A stretch of 30,161 nt of DNA, taken from an uncultured bacterium. GTDB lineage: Bacteria > Acidobacteriota > Thermoanaerobaculia > Multivoradales > JAHZIX01. Below the pieces are notes generated by a model. It was not told the origin of the DNA. It searched no databases and saw nothing but the letters and a program-made list of their open reading frames with translations. The position numbers were made by a program, and so were the translations under genes. This document shows, in pieces, positions 22,790-30,161 of the stretch (position 1 is the stretch's first letter; each line of letters begins with the position of its first letter). The stretch spans positions 1 through 30,161 of the forward strand of contig CBDUPA010000037.1 of assembly GCA_965368975.1 (NCBI GenBank), in the 5' to 3' direction.

Positions 22790-22795
22790 ATTCTA
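22790..22795 (-). promoter_or_regulatory. -10 element of the czc operon
   Basis: TAGAAT on the minus strand, 7 nt before GTG 22782; -35 is weak. Confidence 0.45.
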
Positions 22796-23127
22796 CACAG
22801 TCCTTGGCCATATGTTCAGGGTTCAGGGTTGCCGAGACTGCAGTCGTCAGTCACTTCTAGCTTGTAGGCGGGTTCCAGTTCGCTGTGCCGGGCTTCGGCG
22901 AAATGTCTCCGATCCAGGGCGATAAATGCCTCTTCCCCGGCACGATCTTCATCGTCACCACGAGTTCGTATCGGCATTCCATTTCGCGGATTCCGGGATC
23001 AGATAACCAGCCCACCGTGGCACACCCCACCGTGCAAGAGAGGTTCGACAGAGCCAGCCCTCCGGTCGAGAGCAAGAGGGCTTCAGCTGGGAGTTTTGGT
23101 CGCTTGGCGATGGGTGGGCAGCCATGT

Positions 23128-23753
23128 ACCGGGGTGGCACCCTGCCGGCTATGTCGAGGTACCGGGGTGTACCAGGGTGGAGAGCTGTCAAAATTCCTCG
23201 TCGCGATCGGCCCAATGCTTCGATTCCGGCTCTCGTTTAGCGTGGCACCCAAAAACTGGCCATCTTGCCTCGATTCCCGTGAGCGTAAGGCTCCTCAAAA
23301 TTAAAAGCTCATTTCATTCGAATAAACATTATAGCAATAACCCCCTGTCGGGCCTTCACTTACACATACTGGGATCGACGAAGAGGTCTGCTGATGGCTC
23401 CGCGAGTAAGATCGACAAGGAGAAGCTGCAATCGAGGCAGAAGGCCAAGAAATGCCTCGAAATAGCCCCCTGCTTCGGTTCTGAGAGCCTGCAGAGCCGA
23501 GGGGTGGATTCGGGTACCCCAGTTCGTACCAGAATTCATTAGTTACAGTAACGTGGTAGACCGGGGTGGTACCCCCCGTAGTTTGGCCAAGGTCGAGGTA
23601 ACCGAGGGGTGGCACCAGGTACACTGGTCGCGGCGACGGTCCCAACCTGATGGTGCCGGTCACATGCGTGCTTTTTGGGGCTTGGGAGAGGCTGGAGAGC
23701 ACCTGGAGACAGAGAAACAGCGGGTGTGCACGGGTGGGGTACCCGGCCACCCC
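23128..23753. repeat. Dispersed ACC(GA)GGGGTGG(C/T)ACC-like repeats flanking an AT-rich core
   Basis: Copies at 23128, 23161, 23497, 23560, 23601, 23732 and an inverted core at 23746; AT-rich stretch 23297-23340. Confidence 0.6.
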
Positions 23754-23779
23754 TGAAGCAATGGAGAGAGGCTGCCAGA

Positions 23780-24688
23780 TCAGGCAGCCAGGGAGGGGAT
23801 GTCGAGGCTTTTCAAAGCCTGGCGCTTGGCTGCCTCGCCTCTGCGATCGTAGCGAAGAGTCGTGTTGGCGTTGGCATGGCCGGCGAGTTGCTGGACGGTG
23901 AAGACATCGACACCAGCATCGAGCATGTGGGTAACGGTCGATCGTCTCAAGTCGTGAGCCGAGAAGTGGTCTACGCCGGCTTGCTGCTGACGTTTGCGCA
24001 GGATGTAGGCGATGCAACTGCCGCGCAGGCGAGTGTGGCGGATCTCACCAGTCTGGCGGATCGGGCAGAAGAGCGGACCGGGCTCGTCACCGCGGACGTT
24101 GAGCCAGGCGGCCAGGTACTGGCAGCCGGCATCGCTCAAGTAGACCGTGCGCTCTTTGTTGCCCTTGCCGTGTACGAGGATCGCCCCCTCCTCCAGGTCG
24201 ACGTCAGCGACGTTGAGCCGGGCGACCTCTCCTCGGCGCAAGCCGCAGCCGTAGAGCACGGTGAGCATGGCGGCATCGCGCGCGCCCTTGGGACTTTCGT
24301 CGCTGGTGCAGGAGCTGAACAGCTTCACGATCTCGGGCATCTCCAGGGCTCGGCCGGCGGGCAGTTTGGAGGCGCGCACGTTCGGCACCGCAGCAGCGCG
24401 TTGGTACGTGTCGGCGTCGATCAGGCCCAGCGCCCACGATTGCTTGAGCACACCGCGCAGCGTCGACAGAATCTTATTGACAGTCGCAGGTTGGTAGCGC
24501 GCGATCAGAGCTTGCCGCACCGTCATTCCGTCTGCGTACGTCAGCCGCCACCAGGGGTAGGTGTCGATGGTGTGGCTGGGATCGAGGATATCGACGATCT
24601 TGTCGAGGCAGCGGCGCATGCCTTGGCTGCCCTTGGATAGGCTCGCCATGTACAGGCGGGCCGGGTTGGCGATGATCGAGGTCTTCAT
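23780..24688 (-). CDS. Tyrosine recombinase/integrase
   Basis: Full catalytic set GLRRGE, HGKGNKER, HDLRRS, LAGH, TTLRY; PATVN core-binding helix; 302 aa, no obvious arm-binding domain. Confidence 0.95.
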   Translation of the reverse strand: MKTSIIANPARLYMASLSKGSQGMRRCLDKIVDILDPSHTIDTYPWWRLTYADGMTVRQALIARYQPATVNKILSTLRGVLKQSWALGLIDADTYQRAAAVPNVRASKLPAGRALEMPEIVKLFSSCTSDESPKGARDAAMLTVLYGCGLRRGEVARLNVADVDLEEGAILVHGKGNKERTVYLSDAGCQYLAAWLNVRGDEPGPLFCPIRQTGEIRHTRLRGSCIAYILRKRQQQAGVDHFSAHDLRRSTVTHMLDAGVDVFTVQQLAGHANANTTLRYDRRGEAAKRQALKSLDIPSLAA

Positions 24689-24941
24689 ACGTTGCCCTTT
24701 CTCCTGGTGAATGACTATGAAGCTGGAAAGGCGTGGTGGCGATCGCGTAAGTCTCGCTCTCCTCGTCTTTACGTCGTCGTGTCGTACCGTCTATGGATAC
24801 CAATACGTGGTTCCACGATCGGTTGTCAACGGGACAGCGACCGATTCTTTGGGACTTTGCTTCGGGGGGATGTTCGGGCTTGGTTCGCAGCTACGGAGAG
24901 AGGAGAGCGAGCAGAGACAGGAGGCAGGCAGGCAGAAGAAG

Positions 24942-24976
24942 GGCACCGGTGCCCAGTGACCTGGGAGACCGGTGCC
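24942..24976 (-). terminator. GC-rich hairpin just after the terminase-like operon (possible terminator)
   Basis: ggcaccggt-g-cccag-tgac-ctggg-ag-accggtgcc, about 20 nt after the stop at 24996; only a weak CTTCTTCT tail. Confidence 0.4.
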
Positions 24977-24995
24977 TTGGGGCGTCAGAAGTCGA

Positions 24996-25691
24996 CTAAT
25001 CCCAGTACGAGAGACGACGGGCGTAGAGGTCCCGCAGGCGCACAGGTTCTCGGCGTGGTGGCCATTGCTTGCGAGGCTTCTCGGGTGGCATCGGGATCTC
25101 CATGCACGCATCCTGAATGACAGCCAGGCCGAGGCAGGTCACCAGCTGGTCCTGCGTACCGACCTGGAACGCGCCGTAGATATCGTTGGCGTTGTCGATC
25201 GTGTCGAGCTGGTAGTCCAGTAGCTCTTGGACCAGGCGCTCACTTTGGGGGTGACGCCCGAGATGGAGCCGGTTGGTTTGCAGCAGCATCTGTAAGCGCG
25301 TGACCAGGTATGCTTTGCCCACTCGCAACTCTCGGTCGCCCTCGACGAGCTGGTCTCCGTGATTGAAGGTGACTTGCCAGTAGTACGGCTGGGTCGCGTA
25401 CTCCTTGAGTAGCTCGAAGACAGGATTGCCCAAGCCGGTCGTATCGACGTGGGTGTTCTGGCGCCAGTTCGAATTGCGCTCGACGAGTCCATCCGAGATC
25501 TCGCGCAAGCGTTTGCCGATGGCCGGATACGTGCTCTTGGCTTCGAACTGTTGCAGGTGACGGACCGTGAAGTGCTGGTCCCAGTATCCGCTGTTGTCGT
25601 CGCGTCGACGCATCTCGACCTCGACGACGGCCAAAGCGGGGGGCTTGCGGTTCTGGCCCAGGCTCAGGCCGAGAAAGACTCCGGTTGACAT
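24996..25691 (-). CDS. Terminase-nuclease-like (RNase H fold) protein, catalytically degenerate paralogue B
   Basis: FLGLSLG...PALAVVE...VDTTGLG...QVTF...GKAYLV...ELLDY...YGAF...QDQLVTCLGLAV; SD AGGAGG, ATG 25691. Confidence 0.8.
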   Translation of the reverse strand: MSTGVFLGLSLGQNRKPPALAVVEVEMRRRDDNSGYWDQHFTVRHLQQFEAKSTYPAIGKRLREISDGLVERNSNWRQNTHVDTTGLGNPVFELLKEYATQPYYWQVTFNHGDQLVEGDRELRVGKAYLVTRLQMLLQTNRLHLGRHPQSERLVQELLDYQLDTIDNANDIYGAFQVGTQDQLVTCLGLAVIQDACMEIPMPPEKPRKQWPPRREPVRLRDLYARRLSYWD

Positions 25692-25705
25692 TGGATACCT
25701 CCTAC

Positions 25706-26479
25706 TCAGAACCAGTATTCGATGTCTTCGCGTTGGGCTCGGCTCACTTCGGCCTGGCCGAAGGCTTGGTCTTCGCTCTCCACGAACTGGCAGCCATACT
25801 CCTGGTCGTACAACCAGTCGCCGTGGACACGCCGCTCCTCGGCGAGAAAGTCCGGACTGATGCGCGAGCAAGACTCTGCCGGAACCTCGTAGCGCTCCCA
25901 GGCTTCCTCGGAGTGCCAGGCTCCGTGCCACCACCCTCGGCTGCCGTACGGCGTCGAGAGGGCAAACAGGCGACCTCCTGAAACTGCCAGCATCGGCCGT
26001 ACCGAGAAGTAGAGGTCCGAGGCCACCCGTGCGGCCTCGTCGATGATCAGCAGCTCGACACCCGAGAAGCCGCGAATCGTGCCTTCCTTGCCGGGCAGCG
26101 AGACGATGCGACTCTTGTTGACGAGTTCGAGCCGCAGGGCGGACTCGGTCTCGACCGGGACCAGGTCGCCGGTCGCGTGGTAGCAGGCCAGCGCCTTCTT
26201 GAACAGCTCCTGCGACTGGCGTAGCGAGGGCGAGAGCAGCAGCACGAGCGAACCGGGCTCGAACAGAGCCGTATGGACCGCCAACGTGGCCGCAGTGGTG
26301 CTCTTGCCGGTCTGACGCGAACAGTTGAGCAGAACGCGTGACGAGGACGAGCGCAGCAATTGGGCCTGCCAGGGATCCGGATCGAGCCCAGCCCGCCGCG
26401 AGAACTCGACCGGATCCAGCGCAAGCTCCAGGCTTTGCTGCAGCGTCAACTCTACCTGCTGTTTCTTCTTGGCCTTCAT
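25706..26479 (-). CDS. Terminase large subunit, ATPase domain only
   Basis: DPWQ adenine motif, Walker A SRQTGKST, SPSLRQS, IRG, Walker B LLIIDEAA, motif III LSTP, QEYGCQF; stops at 257 aa without a nuclease domain. Confidence 0.9.
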   Translation of the reverse strand: MKAKKKQQVELTLQQSLELALDPVEFSRRAGLDPDPWQAQLLRSSSSRVLLNCSRQTGKSTTAATLAVHTALFEPGSLVLLLSPSLRQSQELFKKALACYHATGDLVPVETESALRLELVNKSRIVSLPGKEGTIRGFSGVELLIIDEAARVASDLYFSVRPMLAVSGGRLFALSTPYGSRGWWHGAWHSEEAWERYEVPAESCSRISPDFLAEERRVHGDWLYDQEYGCQFVESEDQAFGQAEVSRAQREDIEYWF

Positions 26480-27048
26480 GCCCCCGCCCCCCTGAGAGCC
26501 TCTACGACCGCCTGGCGAGCCTCAGGGAAGGGCTTGAGTGCTCGCAGGATGGTTGCACGCAACTGGGTCCACTCGGGCAGGCTCGTTACGGAGAATCCCT
26601 CCGGCAACTCCTCGAGCTTTCCGTGCACGCGTACATCGAGTTCAATCTGGCGCGCCACGCGGTCGACGGCACGCAGGACAACCGCATATTGCTTCTTCTC
26701 GCGTGCTTCCCGCAGCACTTCCAGGCTTGCCGAGTTGATGGCCTTGATCTGTTGCACTGTCTCGATCGCGTACTGCTGTCGCGCGGTCAGTGGATGTGAT
26801 CCTGCCTGCTGCTGCGCCGCCATCGAGTCGGCACTGGCTTGCGGTGGTGCCGTCCCATCAGACACTGCGGGTAAGAGCTTGAGCCCTTCCGCGATCAGCT
26901 CGGGTATGTGGTAGCGCCGGTGCCGCCAAACAGCCGACGGTGACACCGCGAAGTGACGCGCTACCGTGCGGTAACCATCACTCCCGAGCAACGCCATATC
27001 GATCTGGCGCACGCGGGGGTGTTCACAGATAGTGCACTTTCTAGCCAT
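26476..27048 (-). CDS. Zn-site/HTH protein, putative terminase small subunit
   Basis: CTICEHP...YRTVARHFAVSPSAVWRHRRYH, helical C-terminus; ATGA-coupled to the ATPase gene; SD AGGAG. Confidence 0.65.
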   Translation of the reverse strand: MARKCTICEHPRVRQIDMALLGSDGYRTVARHFAVSPSAVWRHRRYHIPELIAEGLKLLPAVSDGTAPPQASADSMAAQQQAGSHPLTARQQYAIETVQQIKAINSASLEVLREAREKKQYAVVLRAVDRVARQIELDVRVHGKLEELPEGFSVTSLPEWTQLRATILRALKPFPEARQAVVEALRGAGA

Positions 27049-27134
27049 GGAGAATCTCCTGAGTTGGGAAGTGAGTCGAAGGAATGTAAGTCACGCATTT
27101 CGATTCTCGATCCGTCTCGCCTGGCGCTGGACAA

Positions 27135-27887
27135 TTACAAGTGGCCCCTGGTGCGCCAGTAGTAGTGCTCCCGCGCGCGCGCTCGGCGTTGACGCCGTTG
27201 CAACCACGTCTCGGGCGGTGGCGGTGGCTCCGGGGCTTCGCAACGTTGGGTCGTGTTGACGGCCAGGCCGAGGCTGGTCACCAGCTGATCGCGGGTTCCG
27301 ACCTGGAAGGCGCCATAGGTGTCGTTGCCGTTGTCGCTCGTTTCGAGCTGATAGTCGAGTAGTTCCTTGACAAGCCGATCGCTCTGGGGATGGCGTCCGA
27401 GGTGGAGTCGGTCGGTTTGCAGCAGAGTCTGCAGACGCGTGACCAGGTACGCCTTGCCGAGCCGGATCTCGTCATCAACCTCGAGACGCTGGTCACCATG
27501 GTTGAAAGTGACTTGCAGCAGGCCCAACTTGGGTACTTTCTCGCGCAGAAGCGTGAAGACAGGCTCACCCAGTCCGGTCGTGTCGACGAAGGTTTGCAGG
27601 GACCAGCGGGGATCGCGCTCGACCAACCTCTCGGAGATCTCGCGCAGGTACTCGGCGATGGCCGGGTACGTGGTCTTGGCCTCGAACTGCTTGAGGTGAC
27701 GGACGGTGAAGTGTTGGCACCACTCCGACGCATCGGTCTCGCGTCGACGCCAATCGGCCTCGACGATCGCCAGTGCAGGAGGGTTGCGATGCTGCCCGAG
27801 GGTCACTCCCAGGGCTACATTGCTGTACAGCGGCTTGTCCTCTGCGACGGGGTGCTGTGACCTGGGGAAGTCGTCGTCAGGCCACAT
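27135..27887 (-). CDS. Terminase-nuclease-like protein, catalytically degenerate paralogue A
   Basis: ALGVTLG...PALAIVE...VDTTGLG...RDQLVTSLGLAV; SD AGGAGG, ATG 27887; aligns without gaps to 24996-25691. Confidence 0.8.
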   Translation of the reverse strand: MWPDDDFPRSQHPVAEDKPLYSNVALGVTLGQHRNPPALAIVEADWRRRETDASEWCQHFTVRHLKQFEAKTTYPAIAEYLREISERLVERDPRWSLQTFVDTTGLGEPVFTLLREKVPKLGLLQVTFNHGDQRLEVDDEIRLGKAYLVTRLQTLLQTDRLHLGRHPQSDRLVKELLDYQLETSDNGNDTYGAFQVGTRDQLVTSLGLAVNTTQRCEAPEPPPPPETWLQRRQRRARAREHYYWRTRGHL

Positions 27888-28524
27888 CGTCGAGCCTCCT
27901 GCGTCGCGGCTGGATGTGCTGGACGGCCAGCCCCAAGGCCGTGGCCAGGTCGTCGTGACGGTCCTGGCCGAAGGCGCCGAAGCGCTCCCGGCCGTCCTCG
28001 TCGATGCGGATCTCGTAGTGCAACAGCTCCTCGACCAAGACGTCGGTCTCACTGCCCCTGGGCAGGTGGAGCCGTCCGCTTTGCAGCACGACTTGGAGGC
28101 TGCAGACGAGCCGGGTCTTTCCCAAGCTCAGCGTGCGCTCTCGGCGGCGGACGGTGCGCTGCATGCCGGACACGAAGGTGACCGCCCACAGTTCGGCGGC
28201 GAGAGGCTGAGCTTCGAGCAAATCCAGGACACCCTGCCCGACACCGGTCGCGTCGAGGTACAGGATCGGCTCGGCGCCCGTGCGCGCGGTGACGTTGCGA
28301 CACAGCGTACGCAAGCGCTGAGCCACGTCGGGGTAGGCAGTGCCCAGCGGCAGGCGTTCCAGGAAGCGCACGACGAAGTGGAAGCCATCGCTGCGCTCTT
28401 GCAGTTCAGCAACGACGATCGCGGTCGGGTCGTGTTTCTTGCCCACATCGACGCCGACCACGACTGGATGCTGGCTCGGCCGTTCTGCGGGAGATGGTTG
28501 AGGGTGAGGTGAGTATGGAGTCAT
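27877..28524 (-). CDS. Stand-alone terminase-type RNase H-fold nuclease with intact acidic motifs
   Basis: VVGVDVGKKHDPTAIVV, YLDATGVG, EELLHY, HDDLATALGLA; SD AAGGA, ATG 28524. Confidence 0.82.
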   Translation of the reverse strand: MTPYSPHPQPSPAERPSQHPVVVGVDVGKKHDPTAIVVAELQERSDGFHFVVRFLERLPLGTAYPDVAQRLRTLCRNVTARTGAEPILYLDATGVGQGVLDLLEAQPLAAELWAVTFVSGMQRTVRRRERTLSLGKTRLVCSLQVVLQSGRLHLPRGSETDVLVEELLHYEIRIDEDGRERFGAFGQDRHDDLATALGLAVQHIQPRRRRLDDVA

Positions 28525-28528
28525 GGAT

Positions 28529-29167
28529 TCATCCTTCTGAGAGTGCATCGTCCTCGATGCGTTTGGGATAGGGCTGCGCCTTGGCCACGAGCTGTCGGCG
28601 CAGAGCCTTGGTGAAGGCAAAGACGTAGCGGTGCTTGGCGGGCATGTAGATGCGCTTGGCGGTCGGGTCAACGTGTCGGCGCACCCAGTCGAGCTTCTGG
28701 CTGCCCGGCCCGTAGCGGTCGTACAGGGAGCGCAGGTGCTCGATCTTGCCCAGCACCTTGAAGCAGGGCTGGACCGAAGTGCCGAGGTAGATCCAGTTGG
28801 TGGCCTGGTAGATGATGCCGAGATGCCCCTGGCGCGTGTCGGCGTAGGAGACGATCACCTCCAAGCCCGGCGACTGCCGGCGCAGCATCTTCAAGCTCTG
28901 CGCCACGCACTTCGAGGTGGGGTGCTCGCGCCCTGGTGCCAGGGCGACGCGCACCAGTTCGCAGGCACCGGTGGGTTCGAGGCCGAAGGGACTCGATAGG
29001 TTGCGATTAGCGCCGCTGCCGTAGAGGATCGCGCCGACGAAGCGGCCTTCCTCCCAGACACCGATGCGCACCAGCTTGCCGGCGGGCATCTTGCGGCTGT
29101 AGTGCCAGCGCAGTACGGCGTGGGTCGCCGCCTTGTGAGAGCAGTAGTCGAGGTGGAGCGAGGTCAT
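28529..29167 (-). CDS. Mom-like (phage Mu Mom family, GNAT fold) DNA-modification protein
   Basis: WHYS, GVWE..FVGAILYG.GAN, CELVRVAL, IVSYADTRQGHLGIIYQATNWIYLG, KHRY; SD GAGGTG, ATG 29167. Confidence 0.8.
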   Translation of the reverse strand: MTSLHLDYCSHKAATHAVLRWHYSRKMPAGKLVRIGVWEEGRFVGAILYGSGANRNLSSPFGLEPTGACELVRVALAPGREHPTSKCVAQSLKMLRRQSPGLEVIVSYADTRQGHLGIIYQATNWIYLGTSVQPCFKVLGKIEHLRSLYDRYGPGSQKLDWVRRHVDPTAKRIYMPAKHRYVFAFTKALRRQLVAKAQPYPKRIEDDALSEG

Positions 29168-29177
29168 CTCGCTCACC

Positions 29178-29771
29178 TCACGGCCGGAACTCGTGGCCGC
29201 AGTGCGGACAGGTCGCGAGCTTCTTCTGATCCAGGCGGTTTTGCTCGTCTTCGCCCACCGGCTCGAACGCAGGACCAGCCAGCAGCATGTCAACATCGTC
29301 GCGGTCGAAGCTGGCCAGCAGGTCGCCGGCATCGGGCACGTCCGCGAGCACCTGTTGCAACCCGGACTCGTCCCAGATTTGCAGCACATCGGTAAAGCCC
29401 AGGTCGCCGCCGAGAAGCGTGAGGTTGTTGTGATCGATGGCGAAGGCTACCGCCGCCGCATGGCTCTCGGCATCGACGCCGAAGATGATCGGCACCGCCC
29501 AGGAGCCATCCTCTAGGGCCAGGATGCCGCGCGGGGGTGTGCCACCCGCCTGGCGCATCCGCTCCAAGGCCTCGGTGCGGCCGTTGCCGTAGACCAGGGC
29601 ACCGAGGGTGGCGTCGAACTTCGGCGGGTCACCGAAACCATGGGTTTGTATCGAGACTTCGAGGCGATCCAGGTCGTGACGCTTGGGGTTGGCGTCCCAG
29701 CGCCGAGCTTGGCTCAAGGGGACGTAGCGGAGTTCGAGTTGGTCCGGTGGAGTCTTCTGAGGAGTGGACAT
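29178..29771 (-). CDS. ParB/Srx-like N-terminal-domain protein with C-terminal CxxC knuckle
   Basis: VPLSQ...NPKRHD...SIQTHGF.DP...LVYGNGRTEAL...AFAIDHNNL; ends RLDQKKLATCPHCGHEF; SD AAGGA, ATG 29771. Confidence 0.72.
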   Translation of the reverse strand: MSTPQKTPPDQLELRYVPLSQARRWDANPKRHDLDRLEVSIQTHGFGDPPKFDATLGALVYGNGRTEALERMRQAGGTPPRGILALEDGSWAVPIIFGVDAESHAAAVAFAIDHNNLTLLGGDLGFTDVLQIWDESGLQQVLADVPDAGDLLASFDRDDVDMLLAGPAFEPVGEDEQNRLDQKKLATCPHCGHEFRP

Positions 29772-30161
29772 CGGTGCGTTTCCTTGGAAAGAGGGGTGAG
29801 TAGATGGAGAGGAAGGAAGAATGAAGTCGAGACGATCGCGGGTGAGATGGTTGCGGCTCACCTTCGTCGTACGGTGCGAGAGCTGAGAACCGAATCCATG
29901 TGCATTCTTTTCGTTGCTCTATCGTCGATAGTTGGGCGTTTCCTGCAAGCGCTCCTTATTAGGAACAGTACCTCGTGCGAAATGCACGTCGCAAGGATAT
30001 TTTCTGAGTCCTAGGCAGATCTACAGTGCTGTCGAAGGAGTACGCTCTGCTGATGAAATCCCATGAAATACCTATCGCGAGTGCAACGATTCAGATGCTC
30101 CTTGGGACCAATAGGGCGCTCACAGAGTCGGTGGAAGTCTTTGCAGCTACGCAAGATCGGA

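Larger units (their letters stand above)
22900..30161 (-). mobile_element. Putative integrated phage-derived/satellite-like element (boundaries unknown)
   Basis: Tyrosine recombinase plus terminase-derived, Mom-like and ParB-like genes, all co-oriented; no att repeat identified in the window. Confidence 0.5.

Noticed and set aside
22857-23542. Several 86-148 aa ORFs between the czc leader and the recombinase
   Set aside because: Overlapping in conflicting frames, no clear SD or motifs; the region is better explained as non-coding repeats
23128-23753. CRISPR array
   Set aside because: Repeats are short, degenerate and irregularly spaced; no cas genes
23675-24640. 321 aa plus-strand ORF
   Set aside because: Antisense to the tyrosine recombinase, which has all catalytic motifs
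27049-27059. GGAG-ATT-CTCC mini-hairpin over the SD of the TerS-like gene
   Set aside because: Only a 4 bp stem; too weak to claim translational control
27706-28512. 268 aa plus-strand ORF
   Set aside because: Antisense shadow of the nuclease genes
23780-30161. Complete prophage or gene transfer agent
   Set aside because: No portal, capsid, tail, lysis or replication genes in the window; cannot exclude them beyond 30161

Overview
GC-rich DNA from a diderm bacterium (many lipoprotein signals, two TolC-type channels), in two parts. (1) ~0.46-22.8 kb is a heavy-metal island. It holds a BNR/Asp-box lipoprotein, a DUF2231-type membrane protein fusion, a MerR-family regulator behind a mer-type operator with a coupled Cu(I)-type P1B ATPase, a CusF-like lipoprotein and an FGE-sulfatase-fold protein. 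It also holds two convergent RND efflux operons, each led by a small His-rich ORF. Between those operons is a decay zone (14.8-16.5 kb) with broken ppa and Ca/Na antiporter genes and a truncated cadA/zntA-like 5' end, apparently joined by a deletion. (2) ~22.9-30.1 kb looks like a mobile element. A non-coding stretch with GGGGTGG-ACC repeats around an AT-rich core is followed by a tyrosine recombinase and a minus-strand operon. The operon reads: ParB-like protein, Mom-like DNA modifier, stand-alone terminase-type nuclease, degenerate nuclease paralogue, small-terminase-like Zn/HTH protein, stand-alone terminase ATPase, second degenerate nuclease paralogue. No portal, capsid or tail gene is visible. 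This split-terminase/pseudo-nuclease/Mom module is the best candidate for an undescribed system. All family calls come from motifs recognised by eye; no database search was run.
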